From Alistipes sp. (GTDB taxonomy: Bacteria > Bacteroidota > Bacteroidia > Bacteroidales > Rikenellaceae): a DNA stretch of 64,000 bases. The stretch is from positions 21,465 through 85,464 of the forward strand of contig JAFLRT010000001.1 in the NCBI GenBank assembly GCA_022511295.1, read 5' to 3'. Each line of letters starts with the position of its first letter. The first letter of the stretch is position 1. Below are positions 8,818 through 17,843 of this stretch, piece after piece. Under the pieces are notes generated by a model, which was not told the DNA's origin, did not search any database, and saw nothing but the letters and a program-made list of their open reading frames with translations. A program made the position numbers and the translations under genes.

Positions 8818-10320
8818 ATGAAGAGCGAAGAGATAATATTCGGGTACAGACGCCGCCCCTCGCGCGAGGTGCGTATCGGGTGTGTCGTCATCGGCGGCGG
8901 CAGACCTGTCGCGGTGCAGTCTATGACAAATACATCTACGGCGGACACCGAAGCAAGCGTAGAGCAGATAGAACGCATAGCCCGCGCCGGCGCCGAGATA
9001 GTGCGTCTCACGGCACAGGGCAGACGTGAGGCTGAAAATCTTCAAAATATCGTAAGACGTGTCCGCGAAAAGGGTCTCAATACGGCCATAGTGGCCGATA
9101 TTCACTTCGTGCCGGAGATGGCTATGATAACTGCGCAGTATGTGGACAAGGTGCGTATAAATCCGGGTAATTTCCGCACATCCAACGGCGAACTCGAGGT
9201 TCTCGTTGAACTGTGCCGCAAGAGGGGTGTCGCGCTGCGCATAGGCGTAAATCACGGCTCGCTGTCGAAACATATCTTCAATGAGTGGGGCGATACGCCG
9301 CAGGGTATGGCGGCCTCGGCAATGGAATTCCTTCGTCAGTGCAAACGCATGGATTTCGGCGATGTGGTGGTGTCGATGAAGTCGAGCAATACGCGCGTTA
9401 TGATATATGCCTACCGTCTGCTTGTACGGGCTATGGATGCCGAGGGTATGGATTATCCTGTTCATCTGGGCGTTACCGAGGCGGGCGACGGCATCGAGGC
9501 GCGTATAAAGAGTGCCGTCGGTATCGGAGCGCTCCTCGCGGACGGCATAGGCGATACGCTGCGTGTATCCCTCACCGAACCGCCTGAAAACGAGGTGCCT
9601 GTGGGACAACTTCTCGCCGATTATTTTACTCCTCGCGAGGGGTCGTTCCCCGTCAGCGACTCCTCGGCATGGTCGCCTGTGGAGTATCGCCGCCGCAGTG
9701 ATGTCGCGGTGCCTCTTGTGCATGATGAACTTACGCCCGACTTCCGTCTGCTGCGTGCCGCGTCGCAAAACCCGACGGCCGAGTTGCGTGCCGCCATTCT
9801 CAACCTCGCTTCGCGTGAACCGGTAGCCGTGTCGTGCCGGTATGACGATGCTGACCTTGAGACAGTAGCCGTAAAGGCGGCTGCCGATATGGGTTCGCTC
9901 TTTATAGACGGTCTTGCTGACGGAATCGTCATTGAGGCCCCGCAATTCTCGTCGGAGCAGTTGCGTGAGGTGGAACTTATGATACTTCAGGCCTCGCGCG
10001 TGCGCTTTACGCGTACCGAATACATAGCCTGCCCGAGTTGCGGACGCACGCTCTACGATATAGAGAGCGCTCTGGCGGCAATCAAAGCCCGCACCTCGCA
10101 TTTGAGAGACCTTAAGATAGGTGTTATGGGCTGTATCGTGAACGGCCCCGGAGAGATGGCCGATGCCGATTACGGATATGTTGGTGCCGCTCCCGGACGT
10201 ATCACGCTCTATCGCGGCAGGGAGATTATCGAGCGCAATATCCCGCAGGCCGAGGCTCTCGACCGCCTTGTGGAACTTATCAAGGCCGACGGCCGCTGGC
10301 GTGAACCCAAAAACGATTGA
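8818..10320 (+). CDS. ispG: 4-hydroxy-3-methylbut-2-en-1-yl diphosphate synthase
   Basis: VQSMTNT, VADIHF, RINPGN, RIGVNHGSLS, HLGVTEAG, CPSCGRT, GCIVNGPGE; ATG 8818 preferred to TTG 8809. Confidence 0.95.
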   Translation: MKSEEIIFGYRRRPSREVRIGCVVIGGGRPVAVQSMTNTSTADTEASVEQIERIARAGAEIVRLTAQGRREAENLQNIVRRVREKGLNTAIVADIHFVPEMAMITAQYVDKVRINPGNFRTSNGELEVLVELCRKRGVALRIGVNHGSLSKHIFNEWGDTPQGMAASAMEFLRQCKRMDFGDVVVSMKSSNTRVMIYAYRLLVRAMDAEGMDYPVHLGVTEAGDGIEARIKSAVGIGALLADGIGDTLRVSLTEPPENEVPVGQLLADYFTPREGSFPVSDSSAWSPVEYRRRSDVAVPLVHDELTPDFRLLRAASQNPTAELRAAILNLASREPVAVSCRYDDADLETVAVKAAADMGSLFIDGLADGIVIEAPQFSSEQLREVELMILQASRVRFTRTEYIACPSCGRTLYDIESALAAIKARTSHLRDLKIGVMGCIVNGPGEMADADYGYVGAAPGRITLYRGREIIERNIPQAEALDRLVELIKADGRWREPKND

Positions 10321-10322
10321 CG

Positions 10323-10922
10323 ATGACGATTCTGCCTGTGGCATATCTTCCTTCGACGGAGTATTTTGCCCGTCTGCTGCGTGATGAGTGCGTAATAGAT
10401 ATCGGCGAACACTTCATAAAGCGTTCGCAGCGTAACCGCGCATATATCCTTACCGCCAACGGCGTTATGCCGCTTACGGTCAATGTACGCAACGCCAACC
10501 GTCCGCGTACACCCGTGCGCGATGTGCGTATAGACTACTCGAAGCGCTGGCAGCACCTTCACAGTATGGCTATAAGGTCAGCCTACGCCGCAACGCCATT
10601 CTATGAGCATTATGCCGATGCGCTGATGCCCTTCTATGAGAAACGATACGAATTTTTGACCGATTACAACCTCGAACTGTTATCTCTGCTGCTGCGTCTT
10701 GCGCATGCCGACAGGGACCTTAAAGTATCCGACACCTATATCGAGGCGGCTGCGGACGATACGGACCTGCGTATAAAAAAGAGAGAGAGCGGATTTCAAT
10801 CCGCTCCATACTTCCAATCCTTCAGCGACAGGTTTGACTTCGTCTCCGGCATGTCGTTTATCGACCTGCTCTTTGCCGAGGGGCCGTCGGCTACCGATGT
10901 TTTAACTCGTTGCCGATGGTAA
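10323..10922 (+). CDS. WbqC family protein
   Basis: P-AYLPS, KRSQRNR, YAATPFYEHY, YFQ-F...SFIDLLF-EGP pattern. Confidence 0.85.
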   Translation: MTILPVAYLPSTEYFARLLRDECVIDIGEHFIKRSQRNRAYILTANGVMPLTVNVRNANRPRTPVRDVRIDYSKRWQHLHSMAIRSAYAATPFYEHYADALMPFYEKRYEFLTDYNLELLSLLLRLAHADRDLKVSDTYIEAAADDTDLRIKKRESGFQSAPYFQSFSDRFDFVSGMSFIDLLFAEGPSATDVLTRCRW

Positions 10923-12873
10923 GCGACATCCGGTCTGAAATCTCTCCTGCACGAACTTCAATCTCGCTGCGACCCTTCATCTGTACCGTATCCGAGATGT
11001 AGAGTGCTTCACCGGCGCGATGCAGGGCGACGGTGTCGCCGTTGATTGTCAGTACGGGGTCCGGCTCCGAGGACAGTATGCCGACAGTCTGCTGATTGCG
11101 AGTGCGTGTGCGGTACTGTTTGCCCTTGATATGGAGCGTCGGGGAGGAGGTGTTCCACATAGCGCGGTAGAGATAGTATATATCTTTGAACCGTTTGCGG
11201 TCTATCGAGATAAGACCGCAGTCCTGTATGCCGCTGAGCGAGCGCGATGAGCCGTAGTCGAATATTCCGTTCAGCCATACACCCCAAAAGATATCGTTTC
11301 CTGCCAGACGGTCAGCGTAACCCTGATGGAAACGCATAAGACGTATCTCGAATGGTGCCGAGGCGTTCTTTCCGCGCGACGAGTTGTCGTATGCGGCCCA
11401 CGAACCGCTGTCGGGACCGTATGCAACAGCCTGGCGCAGATTGCTCCAGTTGCGTGAGAGGTTGTTCTGCCATATCTCTATCTCCTCGATACGTCCGTTC
11501 TCCCAGCCGCAGTTCTGCTGCCATACTATAAGGTCGGATATGAAGTTTATCTCTCCGTCGTGATTGCTGCACGCAACGGTAGGACGCGAGGGGTCTGTCT
11601 TCTTTGTCATGCCGTTTATCTCGCGCAGGTAGTCGAGCATATCGCCCTCCCTCGGCCGCAGATTGGAGAAGATACCCCACATTACAACCGACGGGTGGTT
11701 GCAGTTTTGCGCTATTATCTCGCGTATCTGTTCACGTCCGTTCTCCTTGAGCCTCGGCGATGATATATATGACACGTCGGCGGGGTATGGTGCCTCTGTG
11801 AGCGGGAAGTCTATCCATACCAATATTCCGTTGCGGTCGCACAGGTCGTAGAGCAGAGGTGCGTGCGGTGCCGCAGGCGAGCGCAGAGCATTTGCCCCGA
11901 GGTCGCGTATCATATCGATATCGCTGCGATAGTCATCCGCGCTCCAGGCGTTGGCCTCCGGCAAGCGGTCGTGGGCGAGTGTAACGCCCTTTACGGGGAT
12001 TGTTTTGCCGTTGAGCATAAAATGCTTTTCGGGCGTAACCTCGATGCTGCGAAAACCGGTGAAAATCGAGACAGTATCGGTGGCTGCCACGACCTCTACA
12101 CGATATAGGTTCGGGCTTTCGGGACTCCACAGCTCAGGATTTTCGATAGTGAACGGAATATTGAAACACTTGCCGTCGGTCTTGCCCTTGACGCTCTTCA
12201 GCACGGCTGCATAGCCGTCAGAACCTGTTACGGTGAGTTTTACATTGCAATTCTGAACCGATTCGGTTGTCGTGAGAGCCAGCATAACGTTGGCTTCGAC
12301 CTTGTTTCGTGTTACCGACAACTGGTTTACTGTTATGGCGTCGGTGCCGTACCAGTCGGGTGCGATTATCGTGCGGTCGGTTACTATAAGTTCCACATCG
12401 CGGCAGATACCTCCGTAGCTGTTCATCTCGGTCGAGAGGGGGAAGATATCGTTCTGCTCGTTGTTGCTTACCATAACGTGGAGCCTGTTGTCATAGTCGT
12501 AGCGCACCTTGTCCGTAATCTCGAATGTGAATGCCGTGAAGCCTCCGCGATGTTCGCCTAAATGCTCGCCGTTGAGGAAGACATCCGCCACATTTTGTAC
12601 GCCGTAGAAACGGATGAAAAGACGCTTGTTTTTCCACTCCGAGGGTATATACAGGTCGCGCAGATAGTCGGCTGTGGTACGGCGGTAGACCCGTGTTCCG
12701 GTAAGGGCATCGAGATTCCAGGTGTGGGGCAGGGATACTCTGCGTGCGGCATCGCTCGTGCTTTCGCTGCGGAAGAAGAAACGCCAGTCGTTGTTGAGAG
12801 AGTAGACCTCGCGTGCCGATACGCTGACGCAGAGTTGCAACAGTGCAAGTGTGATATATATGAACCGTCTCAT
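10891..12873 (-). CDS. GH2 (beta-glucuronidase/galactosidase-like) protein, catalytic residues apparently lost
   Basis: Signal peptide; LPHTWN, HRGGFTAFTFEIT, NHPSVVMWG; SN and VAYG where NE and SEYG are expected. Confidence 0.85.
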   Translation of the reverse strand: MRRFIYITLALLQLCVSVSAREVYSLNNDWRFFFRSESTSDAARRVSLPHTWNLDALTGTRVYRRTTADYLRDLYIPSEWKNKRLFIRFYGVQNVADVFLNGEHLGEHRGGFTAFTFEITDKVRYDYDNRLHVMVSNNEQNDIFPLSTEMNSYGGICRDVELIVTDRTIIAPDWYGTDAITVNQLSVTRNKVEANVMLALTTTESVQNCNVKLTVTGSDGYAAVLKSVKGKTDGKCFNIPFTIENPELWSPESPNLYRVEVVAATDTVSIFTGFRSIEVTPEKHFMLNGKTIPVKGVTLAHDRLPEANAWSADDYRSDIDMIRDLGANALRSPAAPHAPLLYDLCDRNGILVWIDFPLTEAPYPADVSYISSPRLKENGREQIREIIAQNCNHPSVVMWGIFSNLRPREGDMLDYLREINGMTKKTDPSRPTVACSNHDGEINFISDLIVWQQNCGWENGRIEEIEIWQNNLSRNWSNLRQAVAYGPDSGSWAAYDNSSRGKNASAPFEIRLMRFHQGYADRLAGNDIFWGVWLNGIFDYGSSRSLSGIQDCGLISIDRKRFKDIYYLYRAMWNTSSPTLHIKGKQYRTRTRNQQTVGILSSEPDPVLTINGDTVALHRAGEALYISDTVQMKGRSEIEVRAGEISDRMSLTIGNELKHR

Positions 12874-12994
12874 AGCATATTCCGTTTTGAAACCGCCGGT
12901 TGGCGCGGCGATATTTTTGGGACAAATATATAAATAAACGAAAAAAAACGCTAACTTCGTGCAGAAATAACATAAACTTAAAAGAGTATACTCT

Positions 12995-13510
12995 ATGATT
13001 ATCTTCGATATAGTTGTTTTGGCTCTGCTTGTCGTATCGGTTATAAGCGGTTTGCGCCGAGGTTTTATAGTCCAGGCTATCGGTCTGGTGTCGATTATTA
13101 TCGGCGTAGCGGTCGCAGTCTATACGGGTGCCTCTGCCGGTGAGGCGCTTGGTATCGAGGCCCCCTATACCGAGGCTGCCGGATTTCTCTGCGTCTTTGC
13201 CGCAGTTACAGGCTGTTTGGTTCTGGCGGGATGGCTCTTGCGCAAGATGTTCAAAATTGTCGGTTTGGGACTGCTCGATTCCATTCTGGGAGTGGTCTTC
13301 TCGCTGCTCAAACTTGTGCTTGTGCTAAGTGTGTTGTGTTCGGTATTCAACAGAATAAACGACGGTGCCAAAATAATCGACCCTTCGACGCTCGACAAAT
13401 CTCTTGCATACCGTCCATTGTGCGATATGGCCAATGCGATTGGTATTCTTAAATTCGACCCGAGGGATGTGGTTAAGATGGGTATCGACGCGGCAAAGAT
13501 GGATGAATAG
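12995..13510 (+). CDS. cvpA: CvpA family (colicin V production) membrane protein
   Basis: D-V-L...GLRRGFI start, four hydrophobic helices, GLGLLDSILG. Confidence 0.85.
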   Translation: MIIFDIVVLALLVVSVISGLRRGFIVQAIGLVSIIIGVAVAVYTGASAGEALGIEAPYTEAAGFLCVFAAVTGCLVLAGWLLRKMFKIVGLGLLDSILGVVFSLLKLVLVLSVLCSVFNRINDGAKIIDPSTLDKSLAYRPLCDMANAIGILKFDPRDVVKMGIDAAKMDE

Positions 13511-13526
13511 TATAACCCGAAATGCG

Positions 13527-14441
13527 ATGACACAAGGTGTTGTTATGCGTGCTACCGGCAGCTGGTACGAAGTCCTCTGCGAAGGGGAGATATACCGTTG
13601 CCGTATGCGCGGACGCATACGTCTTCGCGGCTCACGCTCCACAAACCCCGTTGTCGTCGGCGATACGGTCGATATTGCGTCCGAGGGTGAGGATTTTGTC
13701 ATCGAGAACATACATCCGCGCCGCAACTATGTCATACGACGAGCATCAAATCTCTCGAAAGAGTCGCATATCATCGCTGCGAATATAGACCGGGCCATGC
13801 TTGTAGCCTCTGTTGCGGAGCCTGTTACGCCACCCGAGTTCTTAGACCGCTTCCTGGTTACGTGCGAGGCTTACGGCATACCCGCAACACTGCTCCTTGC
13901 AAAGAGCGACCTTACTGACGGGTGCCGCGACGAGGTTGAGTATATGCGCTCTGTATACGAGAGTGCGGGATATTCAGTCATTGAAATTTCGGCTCTTACG
14001 GGCGAGGGCGTCGATGCCGTACAGCGTCTTGCGGCGTGCGGAACGACCCTCGTGGCCGGTAATTCGGGTGTCGGCAAGTCTACGCTTATAGGACGCCTAT
14101 GCCCTTCCTTCGAGATACGCACGGGCGAGATATCGCAGAGCCACCACAAAGGACGCCATACAACAACCTTTTCGACTATGTATCCCCTTCCGTCGGGAGG
14201 ATATATAATAGATACGCCCGGCATAAAGGGCTTCGGTCTTATAGATATAGGCGATGAGGAGTTGTGCCGCTACTTCCCCGAGATGATGCGCTACGCTCCC
14301 GATTGCCGATTCTTCAACTGCACCCACACCCACGAGCCGCATTGTGCCGTGCGCGAGGCTGTGGAGCGCGGCGAGATAGCCTTCTCGCGATATGAGAGTT
14401 ATCTCAAAATATTGGACGAAGACGAGAAATACAGGAAATAG
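13527..14441 (+). CDS. rsgA: Ribosome small subunit-dependent GTPase A
   Basis: AANID, KSDL, GNSGVGKST, GRHTTT, DTPG, CRFFNCTHTHEPHCAV; start could be 13503. Confidence 0.95.
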   Translation: MTQGVVMRATGSWYEVLCEGEIYRCRMRGRIRLRGSRSTNPVVVGDTVDIASEGEDFVIENIHPRRNYVIRRASNLSKESHIIAANIDRAMLVASVAEPVTPPEFLDRFLVTCEAYGIPATLLLAKSDLTDGCRDEVEYMRSVYESAGYSVIEISALTGEGVDAVQRLAACGTTLVAGNSGVGKSTLIGRLCPSFEIRTGEISQSHHKGRHTTTFSTMYPLPSGGYIIDTPGIKGFGLIDIGDEELCRYFPEMMRYAPDCRFFNCTHTHEPHCAVREAVERGEIAFSRYESYLKILDEDEKYRK

Positions 14442-14453
14442 ATATTATATTCT

Positions 14454-15653
14454 ATGGGAGAGATATTGCGAAAGGCCTTTTTGCGCCATGTGGGACAGAC
14501 ATCTCCATCGCCGCTGATGATAGAGGTGGCGCGTGCCGAGGGCGTATACTTCTACACTCCCGAGGGACGCCGATACTACGATTTGGTATCGGGTGTGTCG
14601 GTGAGCAATGTGGGTCATGCCAACCCTGACGTGGTGCGTGCGGTGCAGGAGCAGGCGGGACGCTATATGCATATTATGGTCTACGGCGAGATGATAGAGC
14701 GCCCGCAGACAGAGTATGCACAGCGCATAGCATCGCTGCTGCCCGACCCACTTGACAGCATATACTTCGTAAATTCGGGTGCCGAGGCTGTTGAAGGTGC
14801 CTTGAAACTCGCCAAGCGCGCTACGCACCGTACCGAAATCATATCCATGCGCCGTGCATATCACGGCTCGACACACGGAGCAATGGCTCTTATGGGAAAC
14901 CCGGAGGGCGAAGAGTGGAAGAATGCCTTCCGTCCGCTTATGCCCGACGTTCGGTCGATAGAGTTCGGGTCGTTTGAGGCATTGGGGCAGATTACCTCCC
15001 GCACGGCTTGCGTCATAGCCGAGCCGGTGCAGGGCGAGTCCGGCGTGCGCATACCTCCCGAGGGCTATCTGCAAGCGCTGCGCAAGCGTTGCGATGATGT
15101 GGGCGCAATGCTCATCTTCGACGAGATACAGACAGGTATGGGACGCACGGGAGAGATGTTCGCTATGCTTAAATATGGCGTTACACCCGATATAGTATGC
15201 CTCGCCAAAGCCTTTGGCGGCGGTATGCCTTTAGGCGGCTTCGCTGCTGCGCACGATGTGATGAATCTTTTGACGGAGAATCCGGTGCTGGGGCATATCA
15301 CCACCTTCGGCGGTCATCCCGTATGCTGTGCCGCAGGTCTTGCCGCTCTGGAGTATATCGTCGACAATCGTCTTGCGGAGCAGGCCGAACAGAAGGGTGC
15401 GCTGTACGAAAAACTGCTTGCAGACCATCCGCAGGTGGTGGAGATTCGTCGTAGCGGTCTGCTGATTGCTGTGGAACTCGGCTCGTCGGAGAAGATGTTC
15501 TCGATTATGAAGATGTTCTCGGAGGAGGGTATAATGAGCGACTGGTTTCTCTATTGCGATACGGCATTCCGCATATCTCCGCCGCTTACAATATCGGATG
15601 AGCAGATACGCGACAGTTCACGCATTATACGCGGCTGCCTCGACAGATTGTAG
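14454..15653 (+). CDS. Class-III PLP aminotransferase (acetylornithine aminotransferase-like)
   Basis: NSGAEAVEGALKLA, YHGST, EPVQGE, DEIQTGMGRTG, AKAFGGG, TTFGGHP. Confidence 0.88.
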   Translation: MGEILRKAFLRHVGQTSPSPLMIEVARAEGVYFYTPEGRRYYDLVSGVSVSNVGHANPDVVRAVQEQAGRYMHIMVYGEMIERPQTEYAQRIASLLPDPLDSIYFVNSGAEAVEGALKLAKRATHRTEIISMRRAYHGSTHGAMALMGNPEGEEWKNAFRPLMPDVRSIEFGSFEALGQITSRTACVIAEPVQGESGVRIPPEGYLQALRKRCDDVGAMLIFDEIQTGMGRTGEMFAMLKYGVTPDIVCLAKAFGGGMPLGGFAAAHDVMNLLTENPVLGHITTFGGHPVCCAAGLAALEYIVDNRLAEQAEQKGALYEKLLADHPQVVEIRRSGLLIAVELGSSEKMFSIMKMFSEEGIMSDWFLYCDTAFRISPPLTISDEQIRDSSRIIRGCLDRL

Positions 15654-15683
15654 GTATGCGACAAAAAGAGAGATGATAGATAT

Positions 15684-15748
15684 AAATGCACCTCAAAGAT
15701 GTGCTGCGACGCCCATTTTTGGCATCATTACCTTTGGCATCATTATCT
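15684..15748. repeat. Dispersed repeat copy 3 (internally deleted, end module partly duplicated)
   Basis: AAATGCACCTCAAAGATGTGCTGCGACGCCC (15684-15714) directly followed by ATTTTTGGCATCATTACCTT (15715-15734, identical to 3194-3213) and a second TTTGGCATCATTATCT. Confidence 0.9.
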
Positions 15749-15786
15749 GAATTATAAACCTGCCCGTACGAACTGCCGAATAAGAC

Positions 15787-15823
15787 AAACAACCCCCGCC
15801 TTTACATAAGGCGGGGGTTGTTT
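15787..15823. terminator. Bidirectional intrinsic terminator
   Basis: Perfect 16-bp stem AAACAACCCCCGCCTT/AAGGCGGGGGTTGTTT between convergent genes. Confidence 0.85.
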
Positions 15824-15879
15824 CGTTTCAGACCGTCTGTCTGTTATTCAAGTCGTCTGTTATTCAGACAGGCTCTCAA

Positions 15880-17607
15880 TTAGAACAGTGCGTCGAGATT
15901 AACATCGTTCTTTGCCTTTGCTGCCAGCGAGGGGTCTTTAGCCACTGCGCTGTTGAGTTGCGTTCTGGCGTTGTTGAGGTTACCCTCTTTGGTTGCGATA
16001 ACAGCACGAAGATAGTCTGCACGTGCCGAATTATCGTTGCTGATGCTCTTCTTTGCTGCTTCGAGGTTGCCATTCATATAGTAGGTGATGGCTGCATTGT
16101 AACCCGACAGTTTCTCCGAAGCCTGTGCGTAGTTACCCTCTGCTGCATTTACGAGTGCCTTGGTCTGTGCATCTGCACCCTTGGCATACTCCTTTGCCTG
16201 AGCAACCTTTCCGTTTGCAAGATATGCCAGTGCGAGGTTGTTGTTCAACTCTGCCGAGTTGCCGCCAGCCTTGACAGCCGACTCAAATGCGCTGAGTGCC
16301 TTTGCATTCTCGCCTGCCTTTGCATACTCCATACCGAGGTTGTTGTATGCGCGGGGGTCGTTGTACTTCGCAGCTGCATACTCGAGTGCCGTTACGGCTA
16401 CTTCGGGCTGTGCCTGTGCGATGTAGAGCAACTCCTCGAGGTCAAGTTCGTCGAGTTTGCCTTCATTGACAAGAGCAACCATCTCCTCGTTTGTCTTGCC
16501 GGTGATGTCGGCGCTGTTCACAACCTGTGCGCGACGCAACTTGGGCAGAATATCGCTCTTGAGGCTGTTGTATACCGATGCCATATTTCTGATTTCAGCC
16601 TCGCGCTGTGCCGACGAATCGTACATTTTAAGTACCTGAAGGATAAGGTCCTTATCCTCGATGTCAGAGTTCTCTACAGCCTCTTTGAAGCCTTCCCAGT
16701 CCTCACCGTAAGATGCCGCGTCGATTGTAAGACCCGAATTCTTGAAGAATTTCTCGGTTGCCTTCTTACCTGATTCGCTGCGTCGGCCGGAGAGTTGGTC
16801 GTTGAACTTCTCGGGACCGTCGGGCGATGCGTAACCGTTTACATAGAGAGACTGCGTTGCGCGGTCGTTCTCGCTGTTAGCCTGTACGGTATTCTGGAGG
16901 TTGGTGAACTCCTCATTTTTGAAGACCTTGTTGTTTACGGTTGCGCTGCTGATGGTGTAGGGGATGTCTGCCTTGGTAACAACCGTAACTACATGCTTGT
17001 AGTCGTTGGCCGCACTCTGCATATTCTCAGCGAAATCCAGGTCTCTCTGCAGGGTATTGATACCCTTGGCGATGGTAAGTCCGAACTCTCTTCTCAGAGC
17101 GTCTGCCTCGGGACCGCCGTTTGCGAGAACTTCAGCCTGCTCCTTGGTGGGCAGAGCGCCGTTGTTGGCATTGATGAGCGTGAACTCCTTGCAGGGACCT
17201 TTCGGGCATTTAACCTCGACACGAAGCTGAAGCTCCGATTTCTGCATACGGTCGTCGTATGCGAACTCTACGTGCTGCGACACTCTGCCGCCCTCCTTCG
17301 AGTCCACTACGAAGTAGTTGTCCTTAACTTTCTCTCCCTGATAAATTTTGGTGGGGGCAGCCGTCTCGCCGCTCTCGTATACCAATACGGGAGTAACCTT
17401 CAGCACTGCCTTCTTGTTAAAATACTTTGCAGGAAAATCAACTGTGATGTCAGCGGCTACCACGCCGTTGTTCAGCACGAGGAGTTGCGGTGTGCAGTTG
17501 AGCGACACCTCGTCCTGATGCTTAGCCATTTTCTTGAAACAGTTGCAGCTCGAAAGGGTGAGCATAGCCACTGCCAGAACCGATGTTGCTTTCAGCAGGT
17601 TTTTCAT
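15880..17607 (-). CDS. Lipoprotein with OmpA-like domain and C-terminal TPR repeats
   Basis: Lipobox LSSC; GYASPDG...LSGRR OmpA-like motif; AYNNLG, NNNLALAYL TPRs. Confidence 0.85.
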   Translation of the reverse strand: MKNLLKATSVLAVAMLTLSSCNCFKKMAKHQDEVSLNCTPQLLVLNNGVVAADITVDFPAKYFNKKAVLKVTPVLVYESGETAAPTKIYQGEKVKDNYFVVDSKEGGRVSQHVEFAYDDRMQKSELQLRVEVKCPKGPCKEFTLINANNGALPTKEQAEVLANGGPEADALRREFGLTIAKGINTLQRDLDFAENMQSAANDYKHVVTVVTKADIPYTISSATVNNKVFKNEEFTNLQNTVQANSENDRATQSLYVNGYASPDGPEKFNDQLSGRRSESGKKATEKFFKNSGLTIDAASYGEDWEGFKEAVENSDIEDKDLILQVLKMYDSSAQREAEIRNMASVYNSLKSDILPKLRRAQVVNSADITGKTNEEMVALVNEGKLDELDLEELLYIAQAQPEVAVTALEYAAAKYNDPRAYNNLGMEYAKAGENAKALSAFESAVKAGGNSAELNNNLALAYLANGKVAQAKEYAKGADAQTKALVNAAEGNYAQASEKLSGYNAAITYYMNGNLEAAKKSISNDNSARADYLRAVIATKEGNLNNARTQLNSAVAKDPSLAAKAKNDVNLDALF

Positions 17608-17747
17608 AGTTTTTCTTTTTGATGGTTTGTACTTACTATATTTATATTATTGTGTATCTCACGTTGCACAATCACACAATATATTACAAAGATATAACAT
17701 TTTTTTGTTACAGCCAATAAAACTCCTTATTTTTCACCCAATAAGAT

Positions 17748-17785
17748 AAAAAAAGGGCCGCAGAGCATCATCTGTTCTGCGGCTT
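17748..17785 (-). terminator. Intrinsic terminator after pnp
   Basis: Minus strand GCCGCAGAACA-GATGA-TGCTCTGCGGC followed by CCTTTTTTT. Confidence 0.8.
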
Positions 17786-17843
17786 CTTCCTTTTTCTCGC
17801 GCTTTTTTAGCGCCTTTTCCTCACGCTTTTTTCCTCGCGCCTG

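Noticed and set aside
8782-10344. 520-aa antisense ORF
   Set aside because: Shadow of ispG; no protein motifs
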